64,000 nt of DNA from Antedon mediterranea. Lineage: Eukaryota > Animalia > Echinodermata. Position 1 is the stretch's first letter. Every line of letters starts with the position of its first letter. The DNA is taken from contig NC_092678.1 in assembly GCF_964355755.1 (NCBI RefSeq), positions 3,488,422 through 3,552,421 on the forward strand, read 5' to 3'. Shown here piece after piece: positions 52,101 to 64,000 of the stretch. The notes under the pieces are model-generated. The model had not been told where the DNA came from and did no database searches. It saw only the letters and a list, made by a program, of their open reading frames with translations. A program made the translations under genes and the position numbers.

Positions 52101-54033
52101 TCCCATCTGGTTGTTCTCTCTCGGTCACTGGAAGTGGAGACGGAGGAGGACGCCGTTGCGGTAATAACCTGGGTGGCGTTGTTTCTGGCTGTTGTAATTT
52201 ACAGGACCCTTTGTGAACCGGGAAAATATCTAGTTCTGTCCGACATGCCTTTCTTTTTAGCTGACATTTTGAAGGATACGTTTTACCATCGCTGCCGCAA
52301 ACCTGCTGCGAAACATCGGACTGTTTTGAACATACTTTGCATCTTGTCGGACGGCCTATAATAAGCATATAGTCAGTGTTGGTGAATAATATTATTACAT
52401 GTTTCTTAATATTATGCATTATTGGAAATAAGAATACAGTTTTCTGAGATGAGATAAAATAAAGTAAAATTTAAGGTGAATGTGCTACTGTACTGATATT
52501 TTAAAATAATGTAAAATGCATTTTTAAAATGATTTATTTAAAAAAATATTTGTTCTTATTGTCTGCTATGTTCACTAGTTTGAGTACCGTAATTAATAAT
52601 GTGTATACGTATGATTGCATGTACAGTACTACTCACTTCCTTCCTGGTCATTGTCCTCATCTACTTCACTTGTGGCATCTTGGATCGATGGTGTTAAGAG
52701 CTCTCTTAAGTTGTTCAAACCACCAGTTATGTTATCATTAGCATCCTGTTGTTCACTTGAACTTGAACTCAAAGTAGTATCCTCTTCTGATTCTTTCCGT
52801 CCTTCATTTTCCTCCGGGCTTACCGTGGTCTCATCTAATATGTTCGAGGGTGTGACTGAATCAAAACACTTTCCACTGTAGGCTACAGTTATATTACTTC
52901 CTTTTACACAAGCTTTCCTCTTTAGGATGCATTTTGATGGGTAGGTTTTCCCGTCGCTACCGCATACTTGCCGGCCTAAGGATTTTGGTATAGTGCACTT
53001 TACACACTTTCCTCCTATTACAAAAAATTGTCAACATAACATTTTTTGGGTAAAATCTGTAACTTTTTATATATAAGTTATATTTTAAACAAATTGGTTT
53101 TTTATGTAATAATACATAAAATGTTTGTCGATTTGTCAAGTTACCGTACCTTCTGTGGGTGCTTTTGTTGTGTCCTGAAGATCTGAAAGACTTTCGGGAG
53201 AGGTGTTTCCTAAAGACACCGACGTAACTGGTGGTGTATCGATCGTTGTGTTAACTGGAGTTGTTCGCTCTGGTGTCTGGGTGGTAGTAGCTCTTAATAC
53301 TCGTTCACATTTACCCTTGTAAGCAAGTTTAACATTCTTTTCCTGTAGACAAGCTTTTCGATTTAATACACACTCTGATGAGTATGTTTTACCGTCTGTT
53401 CCACATACCTTTTCGTCGGGACTGGGCTTAGAACACTCGGGACACGAATCTAATTTAAATTACCAATAAATTAAACTTAACAATAGGCCAAATCATTTCT
53501 CGTATTATATACAATAATTTAAGCAAATAATAATGATCTAGTTGTTATTTTGTTGGAAGGATTTTACGTTTGTTTGAGTGAATAACTCATAAATTATAGT
53601 TGAGGGCAGTATTGCCTAATACTATGGAACAATCATAATCATATTAGAATAATACACTTTTTGTTTTTGTAATAATAGTATTACAAAAGTAAGTAAAATA
53701 CCTTTTGCTGCTAAAGTCTCTCTACACAATGCAAAGACTACGATGAATACAATAATGCAGGTTTTATTTGTATTTCTGTGAATAAAATACGGTTAATTAG
53801 AATACTTTCGTAGATCGTTTATTAATTTATTTTTAAATATCAAGAAAAGGCAAACATTGAAAGTTAATAGAAGTATTTTCTGCTGAGTTTCCTAAAATGC
53901 TTTAAAAATTGAAAGTCTAGAGATATCTTCAGGTTGAGTTACATTTGCAATTTTTGCTATTAAACTTACAAATGTTTTAGTGGCCTAATTTTCAAATGTT
54001 ATTAATATTAGTTACCTACCTTATCATTTTCAT
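49152..54033 (-). CDS. Gene B: secreted protein with 6 Kazal-like domains, mucin-like linkers and a C-terminal coiled coil, about 819 aa, 8 coding exons
   Basis: Exons 54033-54020 and 53775-53702 ([29 protein letters not shown]), then 53449-53150, 53014-52637, 52355-52038, 51873-51637, 50429-49836 and 49696-49152 (TAA). One Kazal per downstream exon; total 2460 nt. Confidence 0.83.
50547..50882. repeat. Diverged tandem duplication, about 180-bp offset
   Basis: TGCATGGTCTATCTGAAGTTA...GGTTTAACCCAA..TATGTTAGT occurs twice. Confidence 0.75.
51637..51873 (-). CDS. Gene B exon 6, Kazal domain (not in the ORF track)
   Basis: aag|[48 protein letters not shown]...EPIK|gtaagc; 237 nt, phase 1-1, weaker AAG acceptor. 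Confidence 0.8.
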
Positions 54034-54604
54034 CTCGTCTTCCAATAAAACCAGTGAGTGATGAAATAAATGGATGTAGGCCTACTCATACCATATTTAT
54101 ATGAGTCGATGCTGTTCCCCTGGTGAAACGACTTCATTTGAGACTGGACCGGTTGTCCGAGTGTGTGCTTGGAGGTTAAAGTGTACCTAAGAGGCAAAAA
54201 TGAAATACCCATTGTGTTAGATACAGAGTACAGCACACACTAGTTGACCATTAATGGAACAGAAAATAAAATAGTTAAGTTTATTCAATTTTAACTGTAT
54301 TTTACATGTATTTGCTTCTCTTTCTTTGATGTTTTTTTCACGCTACTGCTCTAGCCCGCTACGTCCCATTAGGACTACTCAATCAGAAGCTAAAGCAAGC
54401 AGCAGTTATAATAATAATAATAATAATATTTATTCGGCAAAAGTTCATAAAGTACATTTTACAATTCATCTTGCCAGGAGCAAGTAATAGGCATGAGCCC
54501 AAACAGAAAACTGCTCTTACTCCATCATTACTTATAAAATACAAAAATAACAAAACTAAGTAGCACAAATTAAGTCAAAATAAAACTTCACACCTCTCAC
54601 TTGA

Positions 54605-54733
54605 TCTCACAAACTCATTAAAGGATGATGGACAGAGGCCATGCATTATTTTAAAACCTAATGTGAGTCTATACACTTTAAATATATCTTCAATACTTAA
54701 AATATTTAGGGTCTTTAACCTATATAAATATGA
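54605..54733 (-). mobile_element. LINE (CR1/L2-like) ORF2 C-terminal remnant
   Basis: Translates to SYLYRLKTLNILSIEDIFKVYRLTLGFKIMHGLCPSSFNEFVR, which resembles the post-RT region of CR1/L2 elements. Confidence 0.5.
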
Positions 54734-55804
54734 AGTGTCCCAATTTCCTTCTTGTAATAATATAGTTATAGTTCTAAGGACAGACAGTTTTGTGAAAATG
54801 GAAACTCCACTATGATTTATTGATTCCAGCTGCTACAGTAGACCCAAAAAACGTCTGGGAAAGAGTCTATTAGGACATGTCATGCTAAAATTACAAATGC
54901 CTAAGCATTTCTGGTATATTCACTGTCAGATATTCATTGAATTATTATCGAAACAGTCCATTAAAGTTTGTGTTTGTAATAGGATACTTCACAATTGAAA
55001 TATCTAGGGTGATGAAGTGACCCCCAGATTTGACCTTAGCAATAAAATTAACTAAAGTGACAGAAATTGAGTATTCACTTCTGTAACAAAAAAATAATAT
55101 TTATTCACATATAAAAAAAGAAAAGAAACCCAAAAACCATTGTCTGACAGACAATTTAAGTATTTGTTGCTTTAAATTACATTTTTTCAGGTAAAATAAC
55201 TATTATGTGACAATAAAATGACACATTCAAAAACATTTGAAATAAAAAATATTTTTCAATAAGCGAGCAGCGTTTTTTGTAAGAAATATTTCTTGTTTTA
55301 TCATAGAAATGTAAATTACTATTTATATACTATTGCACTATTTAAATTAATATTGCAGTAGTCTGATTTTATTATTTTAAATATATCATTTCTTGTTTAG
55401 TCTCTTTTATCGTAATCTCGTTTTGAAGGAAGCTTGCTTCTTAACTTCATTATAGAAACAGTAATGTATTCATCGTAAATCAACCCTATAAATATGCCAA
55501 AAAATGTACTATACTTTATCCACCAGAGGTTGGAATCACATGTTGGCAAAGTTAGTTACATACTTGTACACAATTAATTCCCATTCGTCATTTAAATATT
55601 TCGGTATATTCACAACCGTTTATTGAACCGATAAATATTATAATCATTTTGAACTTAATTTCTGTTCTAGAAGCTTTGAATTAGATTATTCCACACTCTA
55701 TAGGGATTTCCGTTCTGGTTCATATGACAAGCATAGTTTTCCTTTCATGTTGTGCTCCTTCATTGTAAGAGAAATGCTGTTTCAAGTGCAATTGAGAATT
55801 ACTT

Positions 55805-55806
<2 letters not shown>

Positions 55807-55844
<38 letters not shown>
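55807..55844. repeat. (TA)n microsatellite
   Basis: Directly visible dinucleotide run. Confidence 0.95.
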
Positions 55845-55847
<3 letters not shown>

Positions 55848-56152
55848 AGTTATTGTATTTATCCACCGAATACCGCCCTCTATTTGAAATATATATGACT
55901 TTTTGTAGACACTGTGCTAAAACTCATTACATTGATATCTGTAACAAAATAGGACACTAAAATTGATGTTTGGACACAGTTGGCTTCTTATTAATTTGCA
56001 TACATGTCATTATTATCAAAGAACTTATAACACAAGAATCTCCTGTTCTTCAATTTGCATTCAAAACACAGTATCGGAAGTACCGGGTTAAAAGGTCAAA
56101 CTGGGCGACGCCATTTCACAGCATGGAGCAGCTCCCCCTCCAAACTAGGAAG

Positions 56153-56317
56153 TCAATTACTCTACCCCCTAGAGTATTAGCAGATCCCCTCTATGATTTT
56201 GACTTTCTAATTTGATGCGGGCGCCCTACTCCTCATTCAATTACTCTAACCCCCTAGAGCATTAGCAGATCCCCTCTATGATTTTGACTTTCTAATTTGA
56301 TGCGGGCGCCCTACTCC
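56153..56317. repeat. Tandem duplication, about 84 bp x 2
   Basis: TCAATTACTCTA..CCCCTAGAG..GCAGATCCCCTCTATGATTTTGACTTTCTAATTTGATGCGGGCGCCCTACTCC occurs twice. Confidence 0.9.
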
Positions 56318-58182
56318 ATGGCTCACAATGGCGCCACCCATAGCTCTATTCTATCCCACAATGCCTTTCGAAATTGTTACGCGCTTCGGACGAACAGGAG
56401 ATTCTTGTGTTATAAGTTTTTTGTTATTATTCGACTGATAAAGTACTGTACACCGTTAGACGCCGTGCTTACATATTACTATGTTTGAAGCATAATAAAC
56501 ATAATATGTTGTTCACCAGTAATCTTTCAACACATTTTTTTTTTTAATAACTTGTAAACACGTAGTAACAATTTCTGGTACAATGTAATGTGATCTCGGT
56601 TAATTAAGTTAAGCAAACATGTGTAAGCATTAACTTTATTCTCTAAAATATGAAAAACAACCTAAAGGTTGTGTATGTATTACCATAAGAATAGTAATTT
56701 TATCACTACCTTATCTAAGGCTAATATTTCGTGTCTCTAATGAAATCAAGTCTGGCCAGACGTAAGTCCCTATAGACATTAGTAATCTACGTTTCCTTTC
56801 ATTCTGGTTACTAGAGTGAGTAACACACTTGTACTGGGACTTTGTCTATATACACTTTACTTGTGAAATTACGGTTCGACAAATCTTTCACTTGGAAGTT
56901 GGAACTAGGTACGGAAAGACATTGTCCTGTCTATGTAAACAAATTCCCATATAGGCCGGCCAATGACCGCTTTTCAATGTGTCTCTTATGAATTAATTAA
57001 TTTACTAACATTTAAATTCCATGTATTTTAACGATTAAAACGCTGGTTTCATTTTATCGTCAATCCACATAAACTTGATACGAGCGACAAGTGTACAGTA
57101 TATATATTTTGATAATATAAATTCTTCGTCGTTTTCGTTGTTAAGTCGTTTCGTAATTTGGATATAAAAATGAACAACAATGAAACATCTTAAATAATTA
57201 ACATATATTTTAGAATCACTCAGCACAACAATATATTACAAATTGCATCTCACATAAAAAATACGTTTCATAATATTAGCAATAAATTATTAATAACTTA
57301 CATACGAACAATTTTATAAATTTAGGATAAATTTTATAGTACAAAGTATGCGAGATATATTAAATTGATTTTTATTTTTATAATATCATTGCCAATCATA
57401 AGATATCCATAATTATTTAGTTAAAATATCCTAAAAGCAACCATGAAATGCAACGAAATGAAAATAAAAAGCAGAGCTTTATCAATAGGTTGTGTGCAAT
57501 AATATATCAAATAGGTTGTTTTTGTCTATCATGTTATTTTTCTATCATATTATTTCAATCAGAGTTCCATAAATGGAGCTAAATAGCTCGTTTCAAACAC
57601 GACAAAGTTAATACTTGTCAATCATGAAGAAAAATACACTGAATAAATCCTGTTTCGTATTAAAACGGAAACATGGTGTGCAGTGGAGACTTGATTTGTC
57701 AGTCTGATGTATTGCTAATGAACTCTTGGCGAATTTCATTAAGGCGGAAAATGTTCTATTTCATCCGTTGTCTGGCTAGACGGATTTGTTGCGTCAATCA
57801 AATTCTCAAGGCATTCTACAGGAAGTAACCACAATATCTAAAAAAGGTTAAGAAATTAAATAATGTTATACAGACATTTTTGTAAGTCACATAAAGAGTT
57901 TAAGTTCCCGATTTTAAAGGTAATGAAATTAAGGTAACAAACCTTATAATATTATTTGATTTTTAATTAGAAAACAGCCCAAAAATTAAAAAAGTGTATT
58001 GATAATTTGTTTAGTATATAATTTATCCGTTGTCAAAGTGTCTATTTTAAGAATATAGCAATACATACTATACATATACATTTTGTCTTTGTGAATTCAC
58101 AGTAAGTTTTTTGTTTGCATAATATTCAAGATTATTGAAGCATATGTCTTATGAGTAAGTCGCAGAGCAACACTCTTACCTC

Positions 58183-61100
58183 TTAGCCGTTTCTTATACA
58201 CATGCCTCGATGACGTACTTGTAACGACGGATTATAAAGATGACAAGCGAAGCTTTCTAATATGCACGGTGATGGGTAGTTCAAGTTATCAGTACCACAC
58301 ACAGGATTAAAATCTATCGGACACTCAAATGAGCAAGTGTCTGTGAAATATGATAAGATTTTAAACGTTATGAAGTTCAGTTTGTGACAAATCATCTCAA
58401 TTTCTTATTAAGAAATCTAATATTATATTATAGTATTTTGAGTCATCACTGTTTGATTTGACCTTCTGTACAATAATCAGGAATGTACAGTGACGATTTA
58501 ACTGTTTTAGTTGTTTAAAAGTAGCATTTCCGATGAGGATGAGCAGGCTATTTCGTACAACCTGGCAATTCTCATCTAAAATTGTATTGGGTAGCTTATT
58601 TATTATTGAACTTACCTCCCCATCTATCTGAAGGTGACTCCGTTGTTGGTGGGGGAGGTCGTGTCGCCTTAGGCTTTGGTTTCGGTCGAATAGGCCTAGT
58701 AATTACAGGGTTCGATGGTTGTGGATCACATTTCCCCATATAACTTGTTCTTAGTGAGCTTCTTTTGATGCATGCTTTGATCTCCAGAAAGCATTCAGAT
58801 GGGTATGTCATTCCATCGGTACCACAAACCATGTCACTGATGTCAGGTGGTGGACAGTTGGTACATCTCAAGTAACCACTGTTAACTTCTTTTCTTTGAC
58901 TTCCGCATGGTCCTTCATGATCCAATTTGGTTCGAATTCCTCGCGTACATGCTCGACGATGGAGAACACATCGAGATGCGTATGTAATCCCATCATTACC
59001 ACATACTTTATCGGATGAGACCGGTGTTGGGCAAGTGGGACAACGATCAGTAGCTGGAATAATGATTGGTAAATCAGATTAGTTTATGGTTGCATTATTG
59101 TATACTAGGAAAGTTAAAAGTAGTTAATCGGGAAATTCAGAAATATAAAACAAATAATAATTAAAAACAAGCCTACTTACGTCGTTCCGTAGGTGCCGGC
59201 ACATCGGCAGGTGGATATCTTGAATTGGGCTCTGGAAACAGGTTAGCATTAGGCCGATCTTCAACGATGCAATCTCCTTGGTGTTTTACTCTTATATCAG
59301 TGCCTTTAATACATCCCTTCAAGTTCATTAAACACTCGGATGGGTAGGTGATATCATCAGAACCACATACTGAGTCCCAGGAAGATGGAATACGACACGA
59401 AGTGCATGGCTCGTTTGAATTTCCCGCGTTCGTGCCTCTAGCCTCAACTGGACATTCTCCATTAAAAGATACCCGGATGTCAACATTACGTAGGCAAGCA
59501 ATTCTCTCGAGTTGACACGAAGATGGATATGTTTTTCCATCGTTTCCGCATACAATATCTTCATAAGCTGCATTTGGACATTCTCCGCAAAGTTCATCTG
59601 TAAAGAAACATTTGTAAAGGTTTATTTTATGTAGGTAGCTTCAGTAGGTTATACTTATATGAAAACATATTAAACAGGTTTAATTAAGATGGGGGTTGGG
59701 GTGAGGTGGGAAAATGAATCATTTAACAATGTGATCCTAACTGTTTACATTGCTTTTACGCACACGCTTCTTCAGTGTATAATTTCCGTACGCATGCGCA
59801 TATTTAAGATTTACTACAGTTTTATATGTACGTCAACCAATGTGATAAAAAAGGTACTCACAGTTTCCGGATCCATAATCCTCTTCTGGTTCAAAGACGG
59901 GTGGTGGCTTTGGCGTTGTTGGCTCGTAGTCTATTTCAGGAATAACCACTGTAAATGTCTGCTTCTTTCTCTTTGGCCTTTCCTCTGCTGTGCACTCTCC
60001 AAGATGGGCTACGGATAACTCCAGCTTAAAAATACATGCTTTCATTATTATGTGGCAAGGTGACGGATAGTCAAGACCATCAGTACCACAAGTGACGTCT
60101 TCTGGTCCATAATCAGTAGCAATACACACGGTGCATTCTGAATACTTTCGCTTCTTCTTCGACTTTGGTGGTTTTGTAGCTGGAGTTTCAACCTCAACTT
60201 CTGGAACATCTGGAACGTCTGGTATAGGATCTAAAACTGGAGACGTCCTGGATACGCATTTACCCATATGAACAGGTCGAATGTTTACGTTCGTTAAACA
60301 TGCGTATTTATCTAGCCAGCAAATAGATGGATGCGTTTTGGAATCGCTTCCACAAACGGTATCGGATGCACGTGGTAATTCGCACTCTCCGCAATTTCTA
60401 GTTTCTGGAGAAAAAAACAACAGTTTCTTGATAGCTTAGTTCAAGGTAGGTCAAGTAATATGGATATAATCTGTCGCTGACCATCGGAGCTTCGGTTTCC
60501 TTTTGCCTCCGGATATTGATTTGGTTATTAAATAAAAATAAATCGTTATTATGCCGATTGAAGGATAAATATTTTACCATACGCTCAATTAAAACGAACA
60601 CACAAATTAGCTGAACAAAAATCAGTTCTAATTTGTATAAATAACAAATGATTGATTGAATAATGTTACTAATGTTTTAATTATTTACCTATGTATGTCT
60701 AAACAGAAATGTTATGTAATAAATTTAACAATACATTTAAAATCTGTAACGTAACACACCAACTTACCATACGGCCCTCGTTGTGTATGTTCTGGTCCAA
60801 CAACTGCCGGATTTCCCTGTGGATTTTCCGGTTGTCGATAGCGCCGTGTAGTAGTTGGTGGTAAAGTCGTTGTCGTCGGTGGCATGGTGGTGGTTGTTGG
60901 GGGCAATGTGGTGGTTGGTGGTAATGTGGTTGTTGGTTCAGGTGTTGTTGATGGTGGTGGGGGAGGTAGTCTTGTTGTACTTCGGCACTCTCCTTTATGT
61001 TTAACAGAAACTCGAACCCCTATTACACATATTCTTACTTTCATGTAGCATTTTGAGGGGTATGTCAGGCCGTCAGTACCACATACACGATCTGATCTTA

Positions 61101-61991
61101 ACGGTTGAGGACATGCTTTACAACCTGTGAACATATTTTAAAATAAATTTTACTATTTAAAAATGACAAGGTCATTCGTGTAACTTTTTTTAATACAGCA
61201 AACCACTAAAAAGTGAAAGTGAAAAACTGATTTTATATCAATCGAAATTAATTACAGAAATATAAATTGGTGAAAGTTAAGTAAAGTGTCAAGAACTAAT
61301 TTAAAGTAAGACTAGAAGGTGTTGACCTACAAAAATCTTCATAGCGGGATTATTACTAATAGGCTTAATTAATAAAGTAACATAAATGGCTTAGGGTCTT
61401 GTAAATTTTGTTCAAGTTTAAGTTCCGTTTTTGTATATCTGTCCAAAGAATTGGAAACAATTGCATATTTATTTTAAACATATTGCAATTATTGGTTATC
61501 GTAGACTCACCTTGCTTTCCTGGCTTTCGTTTTTTACTACGACGAGTAGTTGTTGGTAGCATTGTCGTTGTTGGTTCAGGCGTTGTAGACGGAGGTGGAC
61601 GTCGGGGAGGGATTTGTCTATGACTCGAACAACTGCCTTTGTGAGCTACCTTAATAGTTAGACCCATAACACATGCTTTAACTTTCATGTAACACTTGGA
61701 TGGGTACGTCAGACCATCTTTTGCACATACTCTATCGTTGACGGTTGGTAATGGACATGGCTTACAAGCTTTTGCTATTAAAAAAAATTGATGTGTGTAA
61801 TGTACTTACGGATATTAAATGTATTGTGTTTAATCAACTAGGTTTATGGGAGAAGCCACCACACATTCTCCAAGTACCCCTAAATCATGTTTTCTGTATT
61901 ACAGAATATAAAATAATTAATTCTTACCATTTGTACAGATAAATAAAGAGGCTGTGACGAGAGCCAAACAGGTCAACCGAACGTCTATCAT
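58183..61991 (-). CDS. Gene A: secreted protein with 9 Kazal/follistatin-like domains and Pro/Thr-rich linkers, about 746 aa, 7 coding exons
   Basis: Exons 61991-61928 (MIDVRLTCLALVTASLFICTN, signal-like), 61774-61511, 61124-60768, 60404-59862 (2 Kazal), 59597-59181 (2 Kazal), 59053-58616 (2 Kazal), 58340-58183 (TAA). All introns GT-AG, phase 1; total 2241 nt. Repeated C-x2/3-C...VCG(T/S/N)DGxTYPSxC...C...(H/Y)xGxC motif. Confidence 0.88.
59181..59597 (-). CDS. Gene A exon 5, two Kazal domains (correct frame is not in the ORF track)
   Basis: cag|..ELCGECPNAAYEDIVCGNDGKTYPSSCQLERIAC...PCTSCRIPSSWDSVCGSDDITYPSECLMNLKGC...PTER|gtaagt; 417 nt, phase 1-1. Confidence 0.9.
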
Positions 61992-64000
61992 TTTGTTATT
62001 CTAAAAAAATACAATTACATTTTACATTCAATATATTGAAGCCTACACTCCTTGTCTAACTGTTCAGTTATTTATGACTTTTAATTTCAAAACCCTTAAA
62101 CCGAAATATACATCAATTCATATTTCAGACAAAATACTTGACAAACTTGAAAATAGTATGATAACAGGAAGGCACAATTAAATAAAATTGTTAATAATGA
62201 TGAGTTAACAAAGGATAAATAAGATTTGGCAGGCACCAATGTCTTTGTACAATTTGACAATGACTTGGTCATTTTTAAGTCAATTGAATGTCTTTCGTCT
62301 TCGTCTGACGAATTAAACAATAATATCATTGTTAAATTCAGATCTGTCGTTTTAAAACTTTGCCAAAACATGTTGATTTGTGCCAGAAAAGCGGTTATCA
62401 AAAAAATAACCCAATACGTGGTTTTCCGTTAGATAAACCGATGTTTATCTTAAACGTTTTATAGACTAATTCGTTTTTATTATATGATATGTTCAGCTAA
62501 AGATACATTTTTATCCTCAGACTTATCGATTCACAGAAGTCTGTTATCAGTAATCCTCTATGGGATTAACCCTTAAATTTGGATTAATTGCCTATCTATG
62601 GTTGTTGTCTGAAACTATGAAATATAATAAATAACCATTTCTTCCAAATAGTTATAGTTATATATATAATTATATATTCTTAAATTTAATTTGACCCGTA
62701 TTCGAATTGTCTATACTTGCAAATTGCAATAGGGATATTACGAACTCGTGTAATCACGTTAACATCATAATACCTGGCCTTTAATTAATTAATTAATTAA
62801 TTAAAGTAAATTGTGTGTCGATAACAAGTAAGTACCAGTAGCCGTTGGATTAAAAAATAAAATAAAAAGGAAAGACAAGCGAAAGAAACAGAAACTAAAT
62901 ATTTGTTACTATTCTACCTGTGTTATATGTTGACCAAAGGTCATTTAAAAAAAGACTTTCTCTTGTATGCAATAAATGCATTAAAGAATTAAACTTTCAT
63001 TATTAATTATACAATAAAGTATACAAAAATAAATCTAAATAAGTTAATGTGAAATGGGCCAGAGAACCTGTTTTATTGAAATAAAAGAAAGAATCGATTA
63101 AACTTTTTAAATAAGTTTTATAAATTCTAGCAGGTAGAACTAAGATTTAATCGTTTAGTTTTTAGTCACTCTGTCGGTTGGTCGGTTAACACTAACTTAA
63201 ATTTGCGCACGCGACTTCAGCCATGTATATGGCCTTGTTAAAAATCTACCAGCCTTTACATTGATAACTTTTTGTACCAAGTAATAGAACAACTGAGGTA
63301 TTTTAATTATCGATTAATTATTTACAAAGTTAGACTAAATCTAAAATATGTGAAGATAAAAGTAATAATATTTTAAGTATATAGATTTACATTTTACTAC
63401 TAAAAGTTTTCGCAAAGTTTAGGCAAATTAAAACATAAATATTATGCCTACTTTAAGTTATAAAAATATTAAATGTTAAAGTTTAAGATAAGCACGATTA
63501 AAAGCCATCCACTCCATGGTAATTAGCAATGGTTAATATCTGGAAGGCGATTGACACGGGCTTTCTTAATTACTGTATTCCAAGCTCCATCGAGTTAAGA
63601 ATCAACGTATGTAAAATTAAAAAATTAATAACATTCTGAGCTAAGACTTTGAAGCTATAAATAAAGGTTTATTTCAATTAATAATTATAATATAAAATTA
63701 ATAAGATAAAGTATTAAGATATAAAGTACTAAATATTTGCGTGTAAGCCTAATATTAATAATTAAATTTAATATTTGTTTCTCACCTTACTTCTTTATAC
63801 TGTTAGTTCACCGAGTTGCACCGATGTAATCCTGATGAGGAGTTTCAAGTTAGTACCCAATTTTAAGTTATCAGCACGCCTTTTAAAGTGAATTATTGTC
63901 GAGTGTAAGTCCGGCTTTGGGATTAACACATTACGTTGATTGCGGCTAGAAATAAGAAGATTTTCAGACTCCCCATAGGCCTACAGAACGCGTCATTCCC

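Noticed and set aside
58175-58185. Intron just after gene A's stop codon as an NMD trigger
   Set aside because: The donor is only 3 nt downstream of the stop, well under the roughly 50-nt rule.
10784-61991. One giant agrin- or follistatin-like gene
   Set aside because: Separate signal-peptide exons, stop codons and polyA signals divide the region, and no NtA, laminin EGF/G, SEA or TB domains are visible, so no gene symbol was assigned.
62096-62432. Overlapping 101-aa and 68-aa ORFs upstream of gene A's start
   Set aside because: No recognisable domain or compatible splice sites; likely intronic or transposon-derived.

Overview
AT-rich animal genomic DNA with GT-AG introns; it looks like a marine invertebrate (echinoderm-like), but the taxon is an inference. 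Reading splice sites by hand gives a head-to-tail cluster of about nine minus-strand genes for secreted proteins (labelled A-I from right to left), nearly all built from symmetric phase-1 exons. Six genes carry 23 Kazal/follistatin-like domains in total (A 9, B 6, C 2, D 2, E 3, F 1), interleaved with Thr/Pro mucin-like or acidic Ser/Glu/Asp linkers. The centrepiece is gene E, about 6050 aa. It has a signal peptide, six microexons each encoding an acidic DDDSG motif, a 16.8-kb exon (poly-Ser, a Tyr-rich block and about 14.5 kb of hierarchical Gly/Ser/Thr/Tyr-Pro repeats) and three C-terminal Kazal domains. At the left end are a small furin-type precursor gene (G), a chimeric pseudogene (H) and a paralog of F that runs off the window (I). 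MITEs, SINEs, a solo LTR and LINE remnants lie between genes. The locus reads as a candidate toolkit for a secreted extracellular material (adhesive, cement, coat or mineral matrix); that function is inferred, not shown.
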